Source of the DNA: a virus
Virus record (IMG/VR): IMGVR_UViG_3300034683_000041
Coordinates: 1-64,000 of that record
Reading direction: 5' to 3' (one strand)
Length of the DNA: 64,000 nt
Both the position numbers and the translations under genes were made by a program. The first letter of the stretch is position 1. Each line of letters begins with the position of its first letter. Shown piece after piece: positions 40,008-50,556 of the stretch. The notes beneath the pieces are model-generated. The model searched no databases. It was not told where the DNA came from and was given only the letters and a program-made list of their open reading frames with translations.

Positions 40008-42896
40008 TTATGCAACTGCAACAAACTCTATATCGATGGATTTTTTAACCCCGATCGTGTTGCTGGTAGTAAGATAAAGTTCTTGACGAATAGAAGGCTG
40101 TACTCCTTTATCAAGAACTCTTATTGTCTGAAGTGTTGTCATGCCATTGATACCAAGAACATCAACTGCTTCAATATAGTCTAAACTTTCTCGAATAGTG
40201 GATGTAAGTTCAGTCAATGAAATAGTTTTCTGAGAAATATTCTTTTCTAAGATAGAAATGATAGATTCTCTTAATGTATCTTTGGTAGTTTCGTCGTTGA
40301 CTACTGCAGGAGGAACATGACATTTGAATTTTATACTCATATTCAAAGGCATCGTAAGTTCAAGATTATCTCCGATACTGAACTTTGCTTGACCTAAAGT
40401 TCGAGTAGGACGGAAATACATTTTATCAGATTCGTTAAGTTTATCTAAAGCTGAACGAATAGTTGTAAAATACGATTCAAGAATAGCAGGTAACTCTTTC
40501 TTGAACTTTTGCTGGGTAGGTTGTTCACTAAGGTATATCGCAGCATCTATCATGAGAGCATTGACGTAGTATATCTGCACTCGGTCTTTAGCCAGTATGG
40601 GTTTGTTGTAATCATCGTAAACTATATCTCCTTCACGATGAACCCACACAGGTTCTCCTTCTTCTGTAAAAATAGGATCTCCCATCTTGTGGAGTTTTAC
40701 AAGTTCAGGAAGCTCTGTTTCTGGATTGACCACTACTACAGGAACTCCATTGTCGTCTGTCTGGTATATATCTTGAGAGTATGTAGCTTGAAGATCGTAC
40801 TCGTGTCGGATGTATTGTTTTTCGCTCCAAGATAAATTAACGTTGTTATAGACAACGTCATCCAGGGCATATCCTAATTGGATATTGCAAGACTGAGTTA
40901 AAAGTACATGGTGCGTACTTTTTAAACTTTCAGCGACTCCTGAATACAAATGTGACGCAGTGATAGCCGTAGGAAAATGTTCTTTTTTCACCATGAACAC
41001 AATGGTGTACTTTCCTTCAAAAGGAACGATATGATTCCATTCGTTGACGGTATCTTTTAATGTCGTCATCTCCAAATGGTGTTCTCTGGTGATGTTATAA
41101 TTGGTATCAAGATGCGCTCTGTAAACATGTGAGCCTTCGAACATCTGAAGGAAATTTAACTTTGTTCCGACTTGTACTCCTTCGATAGAAGAAGTGAAGA
41201 TGTATACTTCAATATCAGATTCGGGTATATTTACCAGATCTTTTGATTTTTCGACTACGAAATCTACAATGTATCCTCCACTTCCGTCTGCAAGATGAGA
41301 TATCACTCCCATGTTCGAAACCATTTGAGCTGTGATCTGATCATTTTCTTTTTCGAACTTTAACGAATCTAACTTCGGTTGCATCAGGTTGTAGCTGTTA
41401 GCCCGTGAGTATCTTCCATCAGGAACTAATCGTATATGATACGGAGACTTAGTGTACTGATATTTATTAAAATGCTCAACTTTTTCTTGTCTGGTCATTT
41501 CTTCTAATTCAGATAACGATGTATCCGATACAGGAACACAAGTTCCACTAGAAGACTTATATTCGTAAAGACATGTGGGTAATATGGTCAAAAGTCCGTC
41601 TGGTGTTTTTCGAATGTGTGAAACATTATCGACAGTATCGTTTTCGATATGTATATACGCACTCATGGTAGGTACTATCCCACCAACATTATCCCGAAGG
41701 ATCTTGTGTGCATGGTACATCAAATTAGTTAAGTTATCTTCATACCTCGAAATAGAGAACCCTGTATCTGCAAAATACGCTTCCATATCCATAGGAGTTA
41801 TAAGTGCAGATGCATGAAATGCATTATTTATCACTCGGTTTCGTTTTTCTTCAAATGACAGTTCATTAGATCCGCCATTGATCTGAGTTGCCCCAATGGA
41901 TACGACGTTGACAGGTACAGTATTGAGGATTTGAGAGTACAGATTGTTTTTGATACTTACGTTATAATTTACCCCCAAACTACTTGGGGATATACTACTT
42001 ATATCTATTTGAAGCTGTCCTCGTGTCGTATATAACTCAACCTCTAATCTATTGCCCATTTGTCCGTTGGTGAAATAGATTTGAGGAACTTTAAGTATGA
42101 ACGAATTATTTTCCGGAGTTACTAACACGTTGACTGTGGGAGTATATGGATCGTATATGTCCACAGATAAAGACTGGTGCATCAAATGACGAACACCGTC
42201 TTTAACATTGAATACTCTAAGAGCGTAGAACTTGTGAGGGTATTTATAGGTTTTATACCAACCTTGGCCAGGGATAAGGTCTTCTTGTATCCTGGTCAAT
42301 GTGAATTGGTATACAGGTATCTTCAAGTTAATAAGTTCCATATTTACCCATTTCTGGACGGTATGTGGAACTATGTTCTGTGTGATGTCATGAAGTTGAT
42401 GTTCTTCACTAGTATCAAACATGGCAATAGTGTTGCCTGTTTGTTTATTGATCCGTATCTCTATCGGATAATAAATTCCAAACTTGTATTCCCCAACTGT
42501 AAATACAGTTTCTGCAGGAATAATAACCTTTGAATAAACTTCATTGAAAGATCTTGCATTATTGACAAGATAGTTTTTATCTAAGGTTAAAATGACTTCG
42601 GTTGTTGAAGGTGTGGAATACATACCGACATAATCGAAATCCGATATATGTTTTGTGAGATCTTTAGAGTCTATGGCTCTTAAAGGATATGTAGCATCCA
42701 CTTCTTTTTGGACTATCCGTGAATGTAATGCTGTAATAGTTGAACAAGCTTCAAGCAAGAATGCTGCGACATTGTTAGGATCAACTACAACGTGTTCTCC
42801 ACCAAGTCTGAGTTGAAGATCTTCTAAAAATGATCGTTGAGATTCTAACGGATTCTTAAGTACATTTAAAGTCCAGTTCGGATCATCTAACCGCAT
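40008..42896 (-). CDS. baseplate wedge-like protein (phiKZ gp87-like)
   Basis: VDPNN..FLLE, YP..A....L.KHISD, YTTRG, GGSNELSFEE.RNRVI. Confidence 0.75.
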   Translation of the reverse strand: MRLDDPNWTLNVLKNPLESQRSFLEDLQLRLGGEHVVVDPNNVAAFLLEACSTITALHSRIVQKEVDATYPLRAIDSKDLTKHISDFDYVGMYSTPSTTEVILTLDKNYLVNNARSFNEVYSKVIIPAETVFTVGEYKFGIYYPIEIRINKQTGNTIAMFDTSEEHQLHDITQNIVPHTVQKWVNMELINLKIPVYQFTLTRIQEDLIPGQGWYKTYKYPHKFYALRVFNVKDGVRHLMHQSLSVDIYDPYTPTVNVLVTPENNSFILKVPQIYFTNGQMGNRLEVELYTTRGQLQIDISSISPSSLGVNYNVSIKNNLYSQILNTVPVNVVSIGATQINGGSNELSFEEKRNRVINNAFHASALITPMDMEAYFADTGFSISRYEDNLTNLMYHAHKILRDNVGGIVPTMSAYIHIENDTVDNVSHIRKTPDGLLTILPTCLYEYKSSSGTCVPVSDTSLSELEEMTRQEKVEHFNKYQYTKSPYHIRLVPDGRYSRANSYNLMQPKLDSLKFEKENDQITAQMVSNMGVISHLADGSGGYIVDFVVEKSKDLVNIPESDIEVYIFTSSIEGVQVGTKLNFLQMFEGSHVYRAHLDTNYNITREHHLEMTTLKDTVNEWNHIVPFEGKYTIVFMVKKEHFPTAITASHLYSGVAESLKSTHHVLLTQSCNIQLGYALDDVVYNNVNLSWSEKQYIRHEYDLQATYSQDIYQTDDNGVPVVVVNPETELPELVKLHKMGDPIFTEEGEPVWVHREGDIVYDDYNKPILAKDRVQIYYVNALMIDAAIYLSEQPTQQKFKKELPAILESYFTTIRSALDKLNESDKMYFRPTRTLGQAKFSIGDNLELTMPLNMSIKFKCHVPPAVVNDETTKDTLRESIISILEKNISQKTISLTELTSTIRESLDYIEAVDVLGINGMTTLQTIRVLDKGVQPSIRQELYLTTSNTIGVKKSIDIEFVAVA

Positions 42897-42905
42897 GATT
42901 TCCTC

Positions 42906-44090
42906 CTAGACGTAAACTATATCCCCGGAAGGAGAAGACGTCTGTCTTGTTTCATTGATAAGTTTTTCATAGAACTTTCTTTTTGCTCGGATACGAATGT
43001 CTGTATCTACACTATCTTGCAAGTAGGTATCTTTCTGTTCATGCGGTTTAGCATAAAACTCTAACTTTGGACCATTTGCTGTTGTGACAATATAGGGAAG
43101 TCCTAAGAAGTTATCTCCGGGAGCATTGCCCAATTTAACTCTATTTTGACTGAGAATATCTGGACAAAACTTTGCCATCTTCATATTGAATTCTTTAAGT
43201 ATCACAGGATCGTTTTCTTCTCCCATGATATTACATTTAAAAGTCACGTTGAATTTTCTTGCTGCTTCGACATAAGTATCGGACTGACTGTAGTCAAAAA
43301 CACTTCCCGAAGATCTCAACGTCGGAAAACATCCTGTTGCAGCACACCATCTGGTGATATATTGTTTTGATGTGTCCAGCATAAATCTGTATATAGTACA
43401 AGTGAATCCCATGACATTCTGATCTATATCTTGAGAATGTTGAACCATTTCTCCTCGTACAACTCTGTCTATATACATAGCCCAATACTGAAGAATGGCA
43501 GCACATATCCCCCCTGGAAGATCAGAAAATGTCATACTAAGATCAAACGACTTAGTATTCCTATCTGAGCCTATCGGAATAGTCATATCTTCGGAAAAAA
43601 GTCCTGCTTCAGAAGTCCAGGTCTCAAGAGTACCGTTGGGGAATCCACTGATACTTTCCACTGCGTTAGTTATGGGAGTAAGAAAAGGAGAATCATTGTC
43701 CATATATGGACAGTTACTTATTAATTCTTGATATCGAACATTTCTAGCAGTTTTAGAATCAAGAAGAAATCGTATCATAAATTGTATAGTGTTAGGATCT
43801 AACGTATCCAGCATAGAAAACAATCTAGTCATTCGTAAATTGATAGAATTCAGATTGAGTTCTGGTCTTGTGATAAACGTTAACCCTGGGTATTCTGTAT
43901 TTTGTATGATCGATCTGATATTGTATCGATCGATCCTGGCTAGATGGTTGTGAAATTGGGAAAAATAACTTCCAGCACCAGCATGCTTCATGGTGTGGTC
44001 AAGAACTGATTCATTAAATCTCATCAGTTCATTTTCTATTTCAGTTTTTAACTTGTCGTTAAGATACATTTCTCTTTGATAATCAGCCAT
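42906..44090 (-). CDS. virion structural protein (phiKZ gp88-like)
   Basis: GLTFITRPELNL, FLTPITN..SISGFP, IYRFMLD..ATGCFP; RBS before ATG 44090. Confidence 0.72.
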   Translation of the reverse strand: MADYQREMYLNDKLKTEIENELMRFNESVLDHTMKHAGAGSYFSQFHNHLARIDRYNIRSIIQNTEYPGLTFITRPELNLNSINLRMTRLFSMLDTLDPNTIQFMIRFLLDSKTARNVRYQELISNCPYMDNDSPFLTPITNAVESISGFPNGTLETWTSEAGLFSEDMTIPIGSDRNTKSFDLSMTFSDLPGGICAAILQYWAMYIDRVVRGEMVQHSQDIDQNVMGFTCTIYRFMLDTSKQYITRWCAATGCFPTLRSSGSVFDYSQSDTYVEAARKFNVTFKCNIMGEENDPVILKEFNMKMAKFCPDILSQNRVKLGNAPGDNFLGLPYIVTTANGPKLEFYAKPHEQKDTYLQDSVDTDIRIRAKRKFYEKLINETRQTSSPSGDIVYV

Positions 44091-44120
44091 AATGTGCTCC
44101 TTATAAAAGGACTGGAAAAT

Positions 44121-44129
44121 CATACTATG
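44121..44129. promoter_or_regulatory. overlapping bidirectional late promoter CATACTATG
   Basis: ATACTATG on plus and ATAGTATG on minus between divergent structural operons. Confidence 0.6.
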
Positions 44130-44162
44130 GTCTTGAACCAATTTAATCACTAGGAGAAGACA

Positions 44163-45269
44163 ATGTCATTATTGGACTTTAATGTTAACATGCGGGACAA
44201 CAATGGGGAATTAACCTTCGCCAATCTGGTAGATCGTTTACGAAATATCGAACAACGTGTAAGTTCCAGCTTGTCGAGAGCCGTAGAGAAATCTAGAGTT
44301 TCTCACAGAGCATTTATTCAACAAGAAGCTGCCAGTGAAGAAATTTTAAATGACTTACTTTTAACTACTCAGAACATGGTTATAGGTTGGATCTTGACTG
44401 CTATCCAACTCAACAACAAAGTAGATAGTGCCAGAACTGTAAGAGACGTTTTGGATACAGTATCTACTGAAGCTGCGCATTATGCCAATTTCATTTCTGA
44501 AGTAGAACTTGTGGGTAGCTTCGAAAACTATTCCCCGAAAATGGGTGTACTTACTCCGAATAAGAACCTTGGTGGAACTGGACCTGCAAAAGTACACAAT
44601 CTTCCAGACAAATTAAGTCTGGCTTCAGGACGTATTATTGAAGTTCAGTTCACGCCAAATCCTGACGAACCTAATCAGAAGATGACTGTTCAGTTGTTCT
44701 TACAGTTCAATCCGTTTATAGTTAGTGCCGATGTATGTCGAGCATTTTTTGAAAATAACTTTAAACTGGATCTTAAGAAACGATGGTTCCAATTTACTTC
44801 CGGGGAAATCAATTTCTTCAGAGATTTTCTTTTTGAATTTGATCGATTAAATAAACGTACAAAAGCCATGAAGGCAGACACCTCTGGTCAACTTAAAGAG
44901 TTGGAGGACGCAAAACGAAATAGCTTGATCAGTTACGTTGCCAAATTATTCGGATGGAGATCTAATCGAGAAAATATAGCAAGTTCGATCAATATCTTTT
45001 TAAAACAGGATTTTGATCAGTGGTGTCGTGAACTGCATTGTAATTTTGAGAAAGACTACTCCGTAAGACAAAAATTCTTCAACGCAACATTTTCACTGAT
45101 GGTGATCATAGTCGATCCTTCATATCGTACAGTGACGTACTACTATAACGGAGTGAGAGATTCTGGAAAATATACTTACGATCAGATCATTCGTCAAGCC
45201 AAACCCGAATCTTTGAACCTTAAATCTATGATGCAGTCGTACTATCAGTCTACTGCTCCCAAATTCTAG
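44163..45269 (+). CDS. virion head protein (phiKZ gp89-like)
   Basis: GEINFFRDFLF..D motif, STE site, synteny. Confidence 0.7.
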   Translation: MSLLDFNVNMRDNNGELTFANLVDRLRNIEQRVSSSLSRAVEKSRVSHRAFIQQEAASEEILNDLLLTTQNMVIGWILTAIQLNNKVDSARTVRDVLDTVSTEAAHYANFISEVELVGSFENYSPKMGVLTPNKNLGGTGPAKVHNLPDKLSLASGRIIEVQFTPNPDEPNQKMTVQLFLQFNPFIVSADVCRAFFENNFKLDLKKRWFQFTSGEINFFRDFLFEFDRLNKRTKAMKADTSGQLKELEDAKRNSLISYVAKLFGWRSNRENIASSINIFLKQDFDQWCRELHCNFEKDYSVRQKFFNATFSLMVIIVDPSYRTVTYYYNGVRDSGKYTYDQIIRQAKPESLNLKSMMQSYYQSTAPKF

Positions 45270-45279
45270 GAGAACAACT

Positions 45280-46263
45280 ATGTTAGTTCTGAAAACATTG
45301 GGCGATGCGGTTTTATCATACATCAAAACTACGACTAAACAAAAGTCGTTATCCGTTGAGCAGTTACGTCAAGTGTGCGATGTACTGTATAAACGTATGT
45401 CTACGTTGTATACTGTTCTGGAATCTTTCGATGATCTTGCTATGAACAACATCCGCACAAAATACTACGAAGTTCCAGATACTGGTAAGTTTTCTGCAAA
45501 ACCGATATTTACTAGATATATCAATAAACTTCAAGGTAGCGCAAAGACTCTTGAAACTCAAGTAGCGTTCGGTGCAATGAAAGCTGCGATCCGTGGATAC
45601 TTAAGTATCCTTACAGAGATCTCTAAACATGCTCAGGATGTCATCCAAGAATCTTCTATAAACATCAAAGATGTACGACTTTCCACTATCGTACTCTTCG
45701 GAGTACTTAAAGAAGCGGAAATTGTTTCAAAGTTCGGTGAATCGTTATACAGGCATTTCATGGATACTGCACTTAGAAAAAATCCAGAAATCATCAAATA
45801 CCGGTATGATGAAATGAACGAATCTGCAGAAAAAGTAGCTGAGCTTGTAACTCATATGGTTGCTAAATCTGGAAGATATTCATTTATGGCAGATATCAAT
45901 AAAATGCGTCAGAAGAATGTAGATCTTGTACTGCATGCAAAAGATTCCTCTTTTCTGGATTATATTAACCCCAGAAATATTCCGGTCGGAGTTATGAACA
46001 ACATAACTACCGGTATCATCGGATTCACTTTCATTACTTGGATAGTGGAACGATTCTCTGATTGGAAACATCTTCAGTACCAACGTAATCTTGAATTCAA
46101 ACATTGGGCTGAACAGCAAGCTGCTTACTACCGTATGAAATTGACTGAAGAAAGTTCTCCGGAACAAATTGCACGTATAGAGAAGATTCTTGATGCCTAC
46201 ACGCAAAAGATCATCAAAATCGATTCTGAGATTGCAGATTACGAAAGATCTGTGAGGGATTAG
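45280..46263 (+). CDS. virion head protein (phiKZ gp90-like)
   Basis: synteny; C-terminal coiled coil. Confidence 0.62.
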   Translation: MLVLKTLGDAVLSYIKTTTKQKSLSVEQLRQVCDVLYKRMSTLYTVLESFDDLAMNNIRTKYYEVPDTGKFSAKPIFTRYINKLQGSAKTLETQVAFGAMKAAIRGYLSILTEISKHAQDVIQESSINIKDVRLSTIVLFGVLKEAEIVSKFGESLYRHFMDTALRKNPEIIKYRYDEMNESAEKVAELVTHMVAKSGRYSFMADINKMRQKNVDLVLHAKDSSFLDYINPRNIPVGVMNNITTGIIGFTFITWIVERFSDWKHLQYQRNLEFKHWAEQQAAYYRMKLTEESSPEQIARIEKILDAYTQKIIKIDSEIADYERSVRD

Positions 46264-46266
46264 ACT

Positions 46267-47142
46267 ATGCGATGGATACCTAAAGAAAACCCTCCTAGTT
46301 CGGATTGGAGACAACGGTACTATACCGAGGCATTGTGCTCTGGAAATATCGGGGATCGAGAAAACAACTACAAGATCTTTGTAGATTCCACTCTTGAACT
46401 TCTAGCAGATATAGATGTTCGTATGGTTACCGCAGCACATGCGTATTACTATGCCAGAAAATTCGATAACGTTCCGATAACTAATAACGTGGCAGATAGA
46501 GAAAAGTATATCTCTATGTACCGCGATCAAGTATCAGAAAAAATAGCTTTGTCTGTATGGGAAACCGTTCAAGCGATGGCAGTTGCAGTGTTGGAACTTG
46601 CACAAAAGAAACCTGCACTTCGTACTTGTGATCTTACTGACTCTCTGTATCAAAGAATACGTGAACTGCCCAATAGGTTTGTGCGTACGCAAAATGTGTA
46701 CTTAGATGGGATCAGTTTAGAACTCAAAATGCTTCATATAGGAACACAGCCTGAGACTGTACGTGGAAACGTAATGACTATATCCGAAGTGAAAGAAAAG
46801 TTCAGGGAGTTCTTAACTTACTGCTCTGAAACTCCAAAAGATCTACATGATCTTATGGATAGAACATCTACGACTGCATTGAAAAGTTATAAAACATATC
46901 TGTCTATCATATACCAGTTATTCTCCAATAGTGAATATACTACAGACGAAAGCTGGTTGCAGTTCACTAACAAAGCAGATAAACGACAACTGGAAGTTGT
47001 TTCTACTTTCCCAGTTAGAACACCTGAAGCGGTTTTTGGATATAACTTTCAGAATGAATATCTTCAGAAGTCGTTAGAGTTGCCTATAGAGTTGGATAGT
47101 TACACTGATAGGTATCTGATTATTGTCAGCTACCTTAAGTAA
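46267..47142 (+). CDS. hypothetical / virion protein
   Basis: 291 aa in head operon. Confidence 0.6.
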   Translation: MRWIPKENPPSSDWRQRYYTEALCSGNIGDRENNYKIFVDSTLELLADIDVRMVTAAHAYYYARKFDNVPITNNVADREKYISMYRDQVSEKIALSVWETVQAMAVAVLELAQKKPALRTCDLTDSLYQRIRELPNRFVRTQNVYLDGISLELKMLHIGTQPETVRGNVMTISEVKEKFREFLTYCSETPKDLHDLMDRTSTTALKSYKTYLSIIYQLFSNSEYTTDESWLQFTNKADKRQLEVVSTFPVRTPEAVFGYNFQNEYLQKSLELPIELDSYTDRYLIIVSYLK

Positions 47143-47205
47143 TATTATGCGAAAATGTGTCTGTCAGACAATAACCATTAACATCCTTTGCAAAGGAGAA
47201 ACATT

Positions 47206-48258
47206 ATGTTTCGCAGCTTAGAAAACCTGTCCCGTATGAATGAAGAAACTGTCGAAGAAACCACGGTTGACGTCGAAGTTCGTGTTGCCGAAGAAGTGGA
47301 AACACAGACTGAGATCCTGGAAGAAGCCACCACTATCGTGGAAGAAGCTGAAACCAGTGATGATGCCGGTGAAGAAATCGCTGAGATGCATGCTCTTATG
47401 GAGATCATCCAGAACGAAGGTATCAACCCCGGCATGATGGCCGTGATCAACCGGAACAATCAGCTGTCCAACTTCTCGGGCATCGCTCTTCCGGCTAAAG
47501 AATCCCTTGATACCGTTGGTGGTAACCCTGAAGCAGCATCTCTTGCGATCGAATCCCTTAAGGAATCCATCAAGAAAGCTATGGAAGCCGTCAAACGGTT
47601 CTTCATCAACATCTGGGAAAAGGTCAAGGGACTTGCACGGCGCATTCTCGATCTCGTAAGTTCGAAAGAAAAGGCCCTGGCTCGTGCTAAGGAAATGATC
47701 AAGGGAATCACTCTTGACCCCGAAAAAGTCAAGAACAAAGAAGGTAAGTTCATCACTCATCAGTTCATGACTGCACGTTGTGCTGCTCTGACACAGGTTG
47801 CCTCTTCGCTGAGTGTTGTATCCCCTGCTACCCTGGTGGGCGATGTGTTCGGCAAGAGCGGTGCCTACTTGAAGGCTCTTGGTCTTCGTATGGAAGATGG
47901 TAAGATTGTTGAATTCGATAAACCCGTTGAGATCAAGAAACAGACCCTCACTGCTGCCGGATGGGATGTAGCTAAAGCTGAATCCGTGCATGCCGACGTC
48001 GCCAAAGCTCTTGGTGCTATTCGTAGCATGAAGACTGCCAGTGACGCTCTGGGCAAAATCTGCACTGCAGGCATCAAGGAAGCTGACTCCGTTGCCAGAT
48101 CGTCCGATGAAAAAGTGGACAAGGATAAGGTTGAAGAACTGCGCAAGCTGGCTTCTACCGTTTCCAAGGGTATCTCCCGTGTGTCTTCTGAAGGTATGAA
48201 GACCATCAACAATTATCTGACCGTGTGCAGTGCGCTCAAAGCCTGCGAAAAACGGTAA
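47206..48258 (+). CDS. abundant internal head protein (phiKZ gp93-like family)
   Basis: acidic propeptide with SLE/AKE/AIE sites, amphipathic helix, TLTAAGW; late motif 47142-47149; RBS before ATG 47206. Confidence 0.75.
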   Translation: MFRSLENLSRMNEETVEETTVDVEVRVAEEVETQTEILEEATTIVEEAETSDDAGEEIAEMHALMEIIQNEGINPGMMAVINRNNQLSNFSGIALPAKESLDTVGGNPEAASLAIESLKESIKKAMEAVKRFFINIWEKVKGLARRILDLVSSKEKALARAKEMIKGITLDPEKVKNKEGKFITHQFMTARCAALTQVASSLSVVSPATLVGDVFGKSGAYLKALGLRMEDGKIVEFDKPVEIKKQTLTAAGWDVAKAESVHADVAKALGAIRSMKTASDALGKICTAGIKEADSVARSSDEKVDKDKVEELRKLASTVSKGISRVSSEGMKTINNYLTVCSALKACEKR

Positions 48259-48303
48259 GATTTGATCTATCTGTTAGATTAATCCAGACCTCACGGTCTC
48301 ACC

Positions 48304-48333
48304 GAGGAGGGACTCCTTCGGGGGTCTCTCCTC
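48304..48333 (+). terminator. UUCG hairpin
   Basis: gaggagggactcc-ttcg-ggggtctctcctc. Confidence 0.7.
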
Positions 48334-48357
48334 ATCTAATTCTTTGGGGGAGTTATC

Positions 48358-49389
48358 ATGCCCGATTGTTTTGAAGATGTTATATTTCAAACAAACCAGA
48401 TATCACAACTGTGTCGTGAAGGAGATCAGCTTTGTATCACAACTGAGTTCGTATATAACGTATACGAACAGCATCAGACCTGCGCTATACAAAGTGGATA
48501 CGAAACACTTCTTAGAAATCTTGATTTCTTTAGCTATTTACCAAATGGCAGATATGTTCCTGGAAGTCCGGAAAACTACAACATCGCATTTGAAAGTATA
48601 CTGTCTACCGTATTCAAAGCAACAGTAAATTTCTTCTCGAGACTTTTGACTGGGATCAAAACTTTTATAAATAAAATTTTTACTGTTCAAAAGAACATCT
48701 CTGAACACAATAAAGCAGAAGTAGCTAAAGCTAAAAAATTACTGAATAAATACAGTTCGGATCTAGGAAAAGTACATCTTTCTGAATCCGTTCCTCCGTA
48801 TAAAGAGTTGTTGAAAGTACTTTCAACGATGAAAGAGCTCATGTCTGATCTTTGTAAATTTCCTATACATGAGCTTAACGCTTCCGTAGCTAACGTTCTG
48901 GACGGAAACTCAAATACGGTCACATTTGAAATCAACTATTCTAAACTACTTGGATCTAACTACATTGAGAAACTTTCTTCTATTGGTATAGAGTTTGATG
49001 AAGATGACTCTCCTATATTCTCCACCACATTAGATACTTCTTATGGATCAGAGAGATCTATCTCAGAGCTTGGATATCATGCTCACGAGTTAGAAGAACT
49101 TGTTGATCTAACTACTATTCAGATCTCTTCTATGCATGATCAACTTTTTAAGATCCAAAAGATACTTGAAAGTATAGTGTTCAAGATCACAAAACTTCAG
49201 AACACCAATACGGATCTAACCAAAGAAGAAAACTATAAAGAAGTGTTTGCAACATTACCGAAAGAAGTTAGCAAGCTTGTTGGAATATACCACAAAATAA
49301 CCTCTGCTAAATTGGCATATACGTACGTTGTTACGTCAGTCATCTCTTCTATCATCGAAGCATTAGAGCATCACGACAAATCAAACTAG
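48358..49389 (+). CDS. internal head protein paralog
   Basis: AFE site, amphipathic helix, SISELGY. Confidence 0.7.
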   Translation: MPDCFEDVIFQTNQISQLCREGDQLCITTEFVYNVYEQHQTCAIQSGYETLLRNLDFFSYLPNGRYVPGSPENYNIAFESILSTVFKATVNFFSRLLTGIKTFINKIFTVQKNISEHNKAEVAKAKKLLNKYSSDLGKVHLSESVPPYKELLKVLSTMKELMSDLCKFPIHELNASVANVLDGNSNTVTFEINYSKLLGSNYIEKLSSIGIEFDEDDSPIFSTTLDTSYGSERSISELGYHAHELEELVDLTTIQISSMHDQLFKIQKILESIVFKITKLQNTNTDLTKEENYKEVFATLPKEVSKLVGIYHKITSAKLAYTYVVTSVISSIIEALEHHDKSN

Positions 49390-49395
49390 AGTTCA

Positions 49396-49425
49396 TGTAG
49401 TAGAGACCACTTGGTCTCTACTACA
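49396..49425. terminator. near-perfect palindrome
   Basis: tgtagtagagacca/tggtctctactaca. Confidence 0.65.
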
Positions 49426-49476
49426 GAATATAACTTTGCTTAATTTTATGACTTACATCCAATTAGGAGTTTAATC

Positions 49477-50556
49477 ATGTCGTATTCTCTTAAAGTTCGA
49501 GATAATGATAACTTGGATTATAAAGACGTCGAAGGGTCGATATTTATTGCAGTCAATCTTCATCAATTGCAAACTGCATTTGCTTCTGGTGTTGAAAACA
49601 TACTTTTGACCTACAACTCTACAAATATACATAAGTCTACCATCGATTATGGTATACCTTCTAATGAGAACTTTCAGTTTGTTCTGCAAGTGATAAAAGG
49701 ACTACTGCGCAAGTTCATAGAATTTCTGACCGAACTTATACACAAACTTGTACGATTTGTAAACTATGTGATTAATCGTACCAAAAATAATGCAGAACAA
49801 ATCGAAGGTAATCTGAACACAATCAGAACTGCTCAGGCATCTAGAGCCGACATTCTAAATACAGTAATATCTCCTGCTGCAACATATGCTCAATATCGTA
49901 CATTTGTAGATAACGTAACGAAATTAGCAGCGGAGGCTGAAAAATTCATCAGACACTATAATGTTGATGATGAAATCAAACTTCTTCTTGAAGAAACAGC
50001 GGAGGATGATCTTCCAAAAACTACATCGACTTCAAGAAGACTGACACTAGTTTTTAAGAATGAACTTATAGCACTCGGAGAATCTGTAGGGTTAACTTTT
50101 CCTAACCTTTTTACAGCATCAGAAGAAGACGCTATACAAAGTGTTAATCATAGTAGTTATAATAGTAAATTCAGAGAACTACTTACAGCATCAGAACCTA
50201 GTACATTAAAAGAGCTTGGATATACGTTTGATATAGTACAATCATTGTATCAGGACGATATCCGTCCACTTATATCCGCACAGTCTAGACTCCAAAACCA
50301 GGGACAAGTGTTAGAAACAATCAAGACTCGTTGTGAATTACGTTTACGAGATTTTGAAAAAAATAAGCAGTTGTTGGCAAAAATAGAAAAGTTGCCCAAT
50401 AGACAATTAAACAAAATACACATGTTGTCTACAACTATAGCAAAGTTGGGAGCATTATTGGTACTTAACGCCAAGATCATAGCGATCATCGATGAAGTTG
50501 TTACGTATCACAAAATCCTCAGTCGAGCAATAGCTCGAGGAGTTACTAATGAATGA
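49477..50556 (+). CDS. internal head protein paralog
   Basis: GVE/SNE sites, amphipathic helix, TLKELGY; late motif 49443-49450. Confidence 0.7.
   Translation: MSYSLKVRDNDNLDYKDVEGSIFIAVNLHQLQTAFASGVENILLTYNSTNIHKSTIDYGIPSNENFQFVLQVIKGLLRKFIEFLTELIHKLVRFVNYVINRTKNNAEQIEGNLNTIRTAQASRADILNTVISPAATYAQYRTFVDNVTKLAAEAEKFIRHYNVDDEIKLLLEETAEDDLPKTTSTSRRLTLVFKNELIALGESVGLTFPNLFTASEEDAIQSVNHSSYNSKFRELLTASEPSTLKELGYTFDIVQSLYQDDIRPLISAQSRLQNQGQVLETIKTRCELRLRDFEKNKQLLAKIEKLPNRQLNKIHMLSTTIAKLGALLVLNAKIIAIIDEVVTYHKILSRAIARGVTNE

Noticed and set aside
47218-47991. 257-aa antisense ORF
   Set aside because: Shadow of a codon-biased head protein gene.
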